The notes under the pieces: generated by a model
Seen by the model: only the letters and a program-made list of their open reading frames with translations
Told to the model about the DNA's origin: nothing
Databases searched by the model: none
In this document: positions 49,492 through 55,849 of the stretch, in pieces
Numbering within the stretch: position 1 is the stretch's first letter
Layout: the number at the start of each line of letters is the position of its first letter
Made by a program: the position numbers and the translations under genes
Assembly: GCF_006345805.1 (NCBI RefSeq)
Contig: NW_021833779.1
Location: 1 to 55,849, forward strand
From: Octopus sinensis
Taxonomy: Eukaryota
Reading direction: 5' to 3'
Length of the DNA: 55,849 nt

Positions 49492-49742
49492 CTTTAAATT
49501 AATTATTTGAATAATGCACTGTTATTTTGTAATATTGTTTTCGAAATACAATAGATCAACCAGTTAAGTTTTTTTAACGAATTTCAAAAAAATTTCAAAC
49601 ACAATCAACGAATAAACATTTAGAAGTAATTATAGATAAAATATCGCAATACTGTGTTATTTTATCATTGGCGAAATATTTTTTTAGTCCAATATAATTT
49701 ATTTACTTAGGCTAAATTATCCCAAAAAATAGTAAATATATA

Positions 49743-51226
49743 CAGTGAACAAAAATAAAAACTGAAAAAGCATTTTCTCATGAATTTACTATGAAACAAT
49801 ATTTAAAAAATAACTTCTATTGATTTAAAAAAATTAAATAAAGTTTTGCTGTATTTTTTAGTTTGTCTAAAAAATATTATATTTATACAGTTTTCCATTC
49901 ATTCATAATTCAGAACCCAAAAAATGAACAAATTTATTTAATATCTATTATGTCCTCCATTAGCTCTAATTACATCTAGTATTCGGCCTGGCATGCTAAT
50001 AATAAGACTTTTTGCGTATTCTATTTTGAGTTAATTCCAAATGGATGATATTTTTGCAAATAAATGTTCCTTTTTCAAAAATTCTCTTCCTTTGATTTTT
50101 TCTTTAATAAAGGCCCAAACATTCTCTATAGGGTTTAAATCTGGGCTTTGTGTTGGCCATAGTAGTAATTCGATATTATTTACTTGAAAAAAGCTCTTTG
50201 CTATTGCCGAAGTATGTTTCAGATCATTGTCTTGTTGGAAACTAGGATCTTTATGTTCGATTTTGTTCAGAAATGAGATCATATTATTCGTTAATATGTT
50301 AACATACAAAGCTCCACCAATCTTCTCTTTTATCAAAACCAAATTAATGAATCCAATATTGATTATGGCATGATAGTTCATGATAGTTCCTTTACCGAAT
50401 TTTATTGTTTTTGTAAGATTGCTTGTTAAATATTTTTCCTTGCGATTTCTCCATACTAAAGTTCTTACATCACTATTTTACATATTAAATTTACTTTCAT
50501 CACTTAAAATAACTCGCTCCCGAAATATTTTGAGAGCATATTGCATGTTTGGCATAGCTTTAATCATTGAAGTTTAGGGTTTTTGGTAAGAAGTGGTCTT
50601 TTCGTGGGCGGATATGCATTCAGACCAATTTTTTCGTGGTATTTCTTATTGTTTGAGCTGTTACTGATTTCCCTTTTTTTCTGTAAATGTTTTAGTAAAT
50701 TAAAAACAGTTGAAATTGACATCCACTTTTCAAGCCTCTTTAATTTAAAATATTTTTGACGATTGAGCAACGAATGGTCAACCAGACCCAACTTTTTTGT
50801 CCGTCAAGCACTTATTTGAATAGCTTTTGATAATTTGCAATATCGTGCCAAGCATACTTTTTCGTGATATCTTGTATTTCTCTGTATGTTTTTCCAGATT
50901 TATACATGCCAATTATTCTGCCTTTTTCTTCAAATGTTCAATGATTGGCTATGTAGAGAGGTTACAATTGATTGAATTTGAACGAATTTTAAAAAATATA
51001 ACCTTTTTTTGATATATATATAAGTAATTTAAATTTGTTCAGTATTTTTTTGGTTTTAAATTTTCGATATCATAAAAAAGGGCATAAATATATATTTATT
51101 AAAAAAAACTAAAAAAATGTAAAATACTTTAATCTATGTTAAAAATAAATTTGAGACATATTTGCAATATTGTCCAATTGTAAATTTATAAGAAAGAGCA
51201 TGTTCAGTTTTTATTTTTGTTCACTA
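49743..51226 (-). mobile_element. Tc1/mariner-like DNA transposon (about 1.48 kb), transposase decayed
   Basis: TA-flanked imperfect terminal repeats of about 65 bp (CAGTGAACAAAAATAAAAACTGAA). DDE motifs FQQDN and SPDLNPIENVW at 50031-50381. Confidence 0.9.
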
Positions 51227-51455
51227 TAGCTTGTTCATGGTTATAGGTTTTTGTTTGTTTTCCTGCTATATATTAATTATCCAAGAAATCCGTATTAAAC
51301 AATTTTTAATTATATATTTTCTAAAATACACAACTAGTATCCTCTTTTTATCTAAACGAGGTGCAACATTACATTTTCTACAAACTTCAACAAAAAATTT
51401 AAAAATTGTCTCAGAATTATCCAAACAATAAATCATTTTTTATTTAAAATACAAA

Positions 51456-51866
51456 TTATGTTTTTTCACCTCGAATTCTTCTCGATAAATGCATATCGTT
51501 TGGCATTATAGTTACTCTTTTTCCGTGAATTGCGCACAAATTACTATCTTCAAAAATTCCAACTAGGTAACTCTCTGCCGCTTCTTGGAGAGCGACAATC
51601 GCTGACGATTGAAAACGCAAATCAGTTTTGATAAACTGAGCGGTTTCTCTCACGAGTCTCTGGAATGGAAGTTTTCGTAGTAACAAATCAGTGCTCTTTT
51701 GATATCGTCTAATTTCTCGCATTGCAACAACTCCAGGTCGAAATCGATGAGGTTTCTTTACCCCTCCAAATTGTGAAACAGACTTGCGAGCAGATTTTGC
51801 AGACAATTGTTTCCTTGGAACTTTTGCTCCAGTAGATTTTCGAGCAGTTTGTTTAGTTCTAGCCAT
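51456..51866 (-). CDS. H3: Histone H3 (intact, 136 aa)
   Basis: [12 protein letters not shown]...KKPHRFRPG...LPFQRLVRE...[10 protein letters not shown]. Confidence 0.98.
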   Translation of the reverse strand: MARTKQTARKSTGAKVPRKQLSAKSARKSVSQFGGVKKPHRFRPGVVAMREIRRYQKSTDLLLRKLPFQRLVRETAQFIKTDLRFQSSAIVALQEAAESYLVGIFEDSNLCAIHGKRVTIMPNDMHLSRRIRGEKT

Positions 51867-52130
51867 ATTTTTTTTATTTCAGACAGGACAGTTTCAGGCT
51901 AGTTATTTTTGTTTTATATAGTTAAACAACATTATTCCGAATTTTTTCGAGAAAAAGTATCATTCCGAAAATTTTTTGCTCATCATTTTTAAAATTAAAA
52001 AATTAAATATTTTTAAAATAATATTTTATCAGCACCATCAAATAATTGTAACTATTGCTTAAATTGATGAATTTTTCGAGATTACAGACTAAATTACTAG
52101 TGAACTAATTAAAGAAAAAACAGAGAACGA

Positions 52131-52315
52131 TCAGATCCCGGTCAAAAGAATAGCTTGCGTGTTGCCGCGCATGATTGTACCAGAGATCCTCTGTCTTAGC
52201 CAAGAAGATTCGCTTGCATCCATGTTTCTCCGAGCGATAAGGAGGCAGACGTGTTTTAAGAACTTGGATGTTTGCGGGACAAAGGCTGCGGAGATCTCGA
52301 ATGCCAAAGGGACAA
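52131..52315 (-). pseudogene. CRE-like remnant 2
   Basis: VPLAFE...WLRQRISGTIMRGN. Confidence 0.65.
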
Positions 52316-52387
52316 TTACTAGTTGCATTTGGATTGTTGAAATAGTTATTTAAAGAACAAATAAATAAAACAATTATTTTTAAAGTG

Positions 52388-52753
52388 TTATTTTGTATTC
52401 GTGTACTTAGTAACTGCCTTTGCACCCTCTGTAATAGCATGTTTTGCCAATTCACCGGGAAGAATCAGACGAACTGCAGTCTGTATTTCACGTGAGGTAA
52501 TGGTAGCCTTCGAATTCTGATAGACTAGATTTGATGCCTCGGTTTTTATTTTGTCATAAACATCAAATGTGAAACTGTCCATAGCCATCATAGCCTTCTT
52601 TGACATCCCAAGTTGATTATGTACTGTCTTTAAAATTTTCATAAGATATATGGAAAAAGTTTTCCTTTTCTTTTTTTTCTTTGTAGCAACAGAAACATTT
52701 TTGCTTTTTATAGGAGCTCTTTTTTGTCCCTTTGTGCTAACTTTAGGTGCCAT
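52388..52753 (-). CDS. H2B: Histone H2B (intact, 121 aa from MAPKV)
   Basis: [42 protein letters not shown]. The true ATG is at 52753. Confidence 0.97.
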   Translation of the reverse strand: MAPKVSTKGQKRAPIKSKNVSVATKKKKKRKTFSIYLMKILKTVHNQLGMSKKAMMAMDSFTFDVYDKIKTEASNLVYQNSKATITSREIQTAVRLILPGELAKHAITEGAKAVTKYTNTK

Positions 52754-52778
52754 TATCCACAAAATTTGCAAGTTTTGA

Positions 52779-52869
52779 AGTGAAAAAATCTCATATAATA
52801 AAAAAGTATCATTCCGAAATTTTGTTGAGTAATTCAAAAAAAGTATAATTCCAAAATTTTTGAAGTTGA
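52779..52869 (-). promoter_or_regulatory. H2B promoter (TATA-like element + two motif copies)
   Basis: catataataaaaaagtatcattccgaaattt...aaaaaagtataattccaaaattttt. Confidence 0.72.
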
Positions 52870-52873
52870 GCTA

Positions 52874-53928
52874 ACACTGGGATCTCCTGCAGAAGCCGAG
52901 CGCCTGGTACTTCTTGGTACCAGGATCGGCTACATTAGGATCCGAGCTGCCTGGCCCCGCCCGAAAGCAACCCAATGCTTTCGGTGTCAGGGGTTCGGGC
53001 ACATCTCTACGAAGTGCCCGGATAAGGCTAAGTGCCTTATCTGCGGTGGAGAGCATGGTCGCAAGACGTGCCCCTCACCATCCAAGGAGAGGCAGTGTGT
53101 CAATTGCGGTAAGTTAGGACACACTGCCAACTTCAGAGGTTGCCCCAAGTTTAAGGAGGCAACCCGAAAGGTAGGTGGGGATGTAATCCCAAAGGTAAGG
53201 CGCCCGCCTCGCGTCGCGCCCCCTGCCCCAAAACCTGACAAGCAGGCGATACTGGCCAAACCTTCCAAACCCGCTAGGGTGGCGAAGCCAGTGGAACCTG
53301 TGAGCCATGCTGCGTGTGGGTCGGTGCAGCCTTCGCCGACAAAGTTGGCAAAGCAGGCGAAAGCTTCCGAGTCCGCTTGGTTGCCTAAGCCGGCAATGCC
53401 TTCCGAGGCGGCTAACGGCGGCACCGTCCGGCACAACCTGGGGCTGAAAAGGCGTTCTCCATACGTGGAGATGCCATTGCACTCAGCCCCTGGCGAGCGT
53501 GTACCGCAGGACAGTATTAGTCCTGCGGTGCAATTATGCGTTTCCCTATTAAAATTTTGTAGGGAGATGAATTGCAGTGTAGATGAAATGCTACACTGCA
53601 ACGTTGCCGAGGCCAAGAAGATCCTTGGCGAAGAACCGATATGATGCTCAACATCATATCGGTGAACGCGCGTTCCCTGGAAGGGAAAAGGGACGCCGTT
53701 CAGAGGATGTTGGCCACCACGAGTGCGGACATTCTGGTGGTCAACGAAACGAAGATAAGGGGGGGTCCGTACGTAGTTGATGGCTACAACTGTCGTCACA
53801 TACCCTGGAAAGACGGGTCAATATGTGGCACGGGAACTAGCCTCTTCTACAAGCCGTACCTTCCCCTACAAAGTTCAGGTTTATGTTTATGTAGCCTATG
53901 TGAATTCCTCCAAGTGAGAATTCGCATA
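52874..53928 (+). mobile_element. Older LINE A internal fragment (ORF1 3' half + endonuclease start), truncated at both ends
   Basis: Alignable to 5393-6447 with scattered substitutions. Same breakpoints in each unit. Confidence 0.88.
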
Positions 53929-53940
53929 AAATATGCACAA

Positions 53941-54214
53941 ATGGTTTTCTCCTCAAAGAAATTCCTGGAAAAATATGGCTGGAAAGAAGGTTTGTGTTAT
54001 AAATTATAAAGGTTCGGGTCTAGGAAAAAACAGTCAAGGGCGAACCGAACTGGTCACCATTAAAAGAAATAGGGGAGGAATGGGGGTATGATTACAATTT
54101 ATAACAATTTAGGTCGGTTATCAAGAAGTACTTGATAAATTGGTAGACGCACAGTTTATAAGGACCTACCAAAATAAAGAAAACGAAGCCGGAAAAAGGG
54201 CTAAGGCAGAATAA
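53941..54214 (+). CDS. 74-aa G-patch domain protein; exons 53941-53989, 54012-54085, 54113-54214
   Basis: Removing the GT..AG segments of 22 and 27 nt yields MVFSSKKFLEKYGWKEGSGLGKNSQGRTELVTIKRNRGGMGVGYQEVLDKLVDAQFIRTYQNKENEAGKRAKAE*. Confidence 0.75.
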
Positions 54215-54832
54215 TATTTTTTTATAATAAATTTTTTGTTTTCTGAACTTTAAAATGTTGAAAAAATAATATAAAAATAAGGGTTTTTTCTAAGCTACTT
54301 TCAGAAAAAGATTACAGTTTAAATTATTTTTGATAGTACTCCAATTGAAATAGAGTTCAAATATTTTTTTAAATTTTTTTCCAAGTCCGAAAGTAGAAGC
54401 ACCTAGGCTCGGTACACCCAAGGCCTGTGACATTATAATTTATAAAAATAATATAACAATAATAAAATTCGTGTTCAGTTTAAAAACAGTCTACATAAAA
54501 AATATAACAATAATGATTAAAATTTAAAGAAATTGATCATTTTAGATTTTAGGGCGCTAAAATACAAGATCGCCAAATCCGGGAACAAATAAATAAAATT
54601 TTGCCATAAGAATATAAAGAATAGAACTTTCTATCAAAAAATAAAGTAAAATTCAATTAATAAAGATAAATGAGAAGATTTGAAATAAGCGAAATAAACA
54701 AATTGAAAGAATAAACTCGCAAATATAACAAAATGATGAAATTTCAGATAATTTATTAATTAAAAGAAACTACATCGCAAAATATTCCTTCTAATCCAAA
54801 TAAATAAAAAAATAAAGATTGACCAAATAATG

Positions 54833-54921
54833 GCAAATTGTGAAACAGAATTGCGAGCAGATTGTTTCCTTGGAAATTTTGCTCCAGTAGATTTTTGAGC
54901 AGTTTGTTGTGTTCTAGCCAT
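54833..54921 (-). pseudogene. H3: Decayed H3 N-terminal fragment (about first 33 codons) with an H3-type leader
   Basis: atggctagaacacaacaaactgctc...ccaaggaaacaatctgctcgc...gtttcacaatttg, with a deletion and frameshifts. Confidence 0.82.
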
Positions 54922-55019
54922 ATTTTTGTTATTTCAGACAGAACCGATTCAGACAAGTTATTTTTGTTTTATATTATTCCGAATTTTTAAACAACGTTAT
55001 GGAATGGAATGGAAAGTGG

Positions 55020-55110
55020 AGTGAAAAAATCTCATATAATAAAAAAGTATCATTCCGAAATTTTGTTGAGTAATTCAAAAAAAGTATAATTCCAAAATTT
55101 TTGAAGTTGA
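55020..55110 (-). promoter_or_regulatory. Orphan duplicate of the H2B promoter (no H2B gene follows)
   Basis: About 91 nt identical to 52779-52869. It is the landing site of B' in the previous unit. Confidence 0.8.
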
Positions 55111-55279
55111 CGGGATGACCCTTTTCCCATTTGAGAAAGGAAAAGGCCTCGTATGGCATGCAAGCTGCTGGGATACTTTCTCTGCTTCACATCTAACCTC
55201 GTGTGCTCTGGAGGCTAAATCAGCTGCTAAAAAGCCTGAAGATTTAAAGCTTTCCAAATATTCTGCCCTTTTGGAATAA
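55109..55279 (+). pseudogene. CRE-like restriction-like endonuclease fragment
   Basis: Manual translation DGMTLFPFEKGKGLVWHASCWDTFSASHL...SAAKKPEDLKLSKYSALL, matching the (RP)DG.TL.P...G..LVWDATC.DT motif. Confidence 0.7.
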
Positions 55280-55286
55280 AATATCA

Positions 55287-55364
55287 AGAGGAATTCTGCA
55301 AGGGGACTCTTTGTCTCCACAGCTATTTGTTTTGGTGATGGATACTTTGAGTAGGATGTATTAA
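55287..55364 (+). pseudogene. Non-LTR RT fragment (R4/Dong-like)
   Basis: Manual translation RGILQGDSLSPQLFVLVMDTLSRM. Confidence 0.7.
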
Positions 55365-55407
55365 TGTTTTAGTTATTATAACACATTCCGTGGGAACATA
55401 AACAAAG

Positions 55408-55653
55408 TTATAATCCCACACGTGTCACAAGCGAAACAATCTTCTGGACCATCCTTGTCCATGCCCTTCTGTTGCGGGCGAGATCCCGTAAAGATTCTAG
55501 GTCGTCCCAGTTTTTGAAACTTTTGCCATGAAGTTTGAGATCCCTTTCAAGAACTGTCGGAAGAGTGGATCTAGGTCTTCCACGATATTTGTCTCCATGT
55601 TCAAGAAATAATCGTCCATTGCCCGATTGGCCGGAGCTCTGGGGTCCACTCGC
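55408..55653 (-). pseudogene. RTE-like LINE 3' end remnant
   Basis: Manual translation PANRAMDDYF.../KYRGRPRSTLPTVLERDLKLHGKSFKNWDDLESLRDLARNRRAWTRMV. Confidence 0.65.
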
Positions 55654-55849
55654 AAATAATTCTCTAAATAAACATAATTATAAACAGATGCAAAAAAATA
55701 AAATATTAGAAAAAAATAAATTTTTCCAACGATATAACTCTAATTTACTGTATAAATATACTTTTTGTTATTTCAACAAGATTTCTTACCAATTAAAAAA
55801 GCAATCGTAGTATTTCACCGTCGTTTGGTAGCTAGTTAGTATATTTATG

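Larger units (their letters stand above)
48567..55819. repeat. One clean subtype-2 histone repeat unit (about 7.25 kb); further units at about 31123-37402 (partial) and 37403-48566 (with C and B')
   Basis: cgtcgtttggtagctag recurs at about 37402, 48566 and 55819, and the order of features is conserved. Confidence 0.92.

Noticed and set aside
52754-52837. N-terminally extended 149-aa H2B (and the 449-aa B' ORF)
   Set aside because: The extensions start at non-ATG codons and run through the promoter motif. The real starts are at 52753 and 47753.
55001-55017. GGAAT repeats as telomeric or satellite sequence
   Set aside because: There are only about three units, and they are identical to the LINE C tail, which is a better explanation.
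55075-55320. 81-aa minus-strand ORF (METKSPLAEF...) as a gene
   Set aside because: The opposite strand encodes recognisable RLE and RT fragments, and this ORF ends inside the promoter duplicate.

Overview
Eukaryotic, AT-rich tandem core-histone gene array that has been heavily invaded by non-LTR retrotransposons. The basic repeat unit (cleanest copy about 48570-55820, about 7.25 kb) holds H4(-)/H2A(+) as a divergent pair, a decayed Tc1-like transposon, H3(-), H2B(-), a small G-patch gene with 22- and 27-nt introns, and fixed scraps of older LINEs. There is no H1 and no histone stem-loop. Two unit subtypes occur, left and right of about 31122. Young APE-endonuclease/RT LINEs with CCHC-knuckle ORF1s (my labels: A, B, C, plus the ORF1-only B') occupy about 60% of the window. 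The main finding is a probable histone-locus parasite system. (i) Most datable insertions sit in the sense orientation 10-45 nt upstream of an H3 or H2B start codon, and they stack head-to-tail. (ii) The elements have almost no 5'UTR of their own and appear to borrow histone promoters. (iii) ORF1 of family A starts with the first 28 codons of H3 plus an H4 helix-1 peptide, and ORF1 of family C starts with an in-frame H2B/H3/H4 mosaic. (iv) One full-length B copy carries a freshly captured 26-nt piece of the H4 3' end. Many frameshifts are copy-specific single-base indels, often in homopolymers, and are probably uncorrected long-read errors. The host taxon cannot be determined from sequence alone. 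Family and clade assignments are from motif recall, with no database search.
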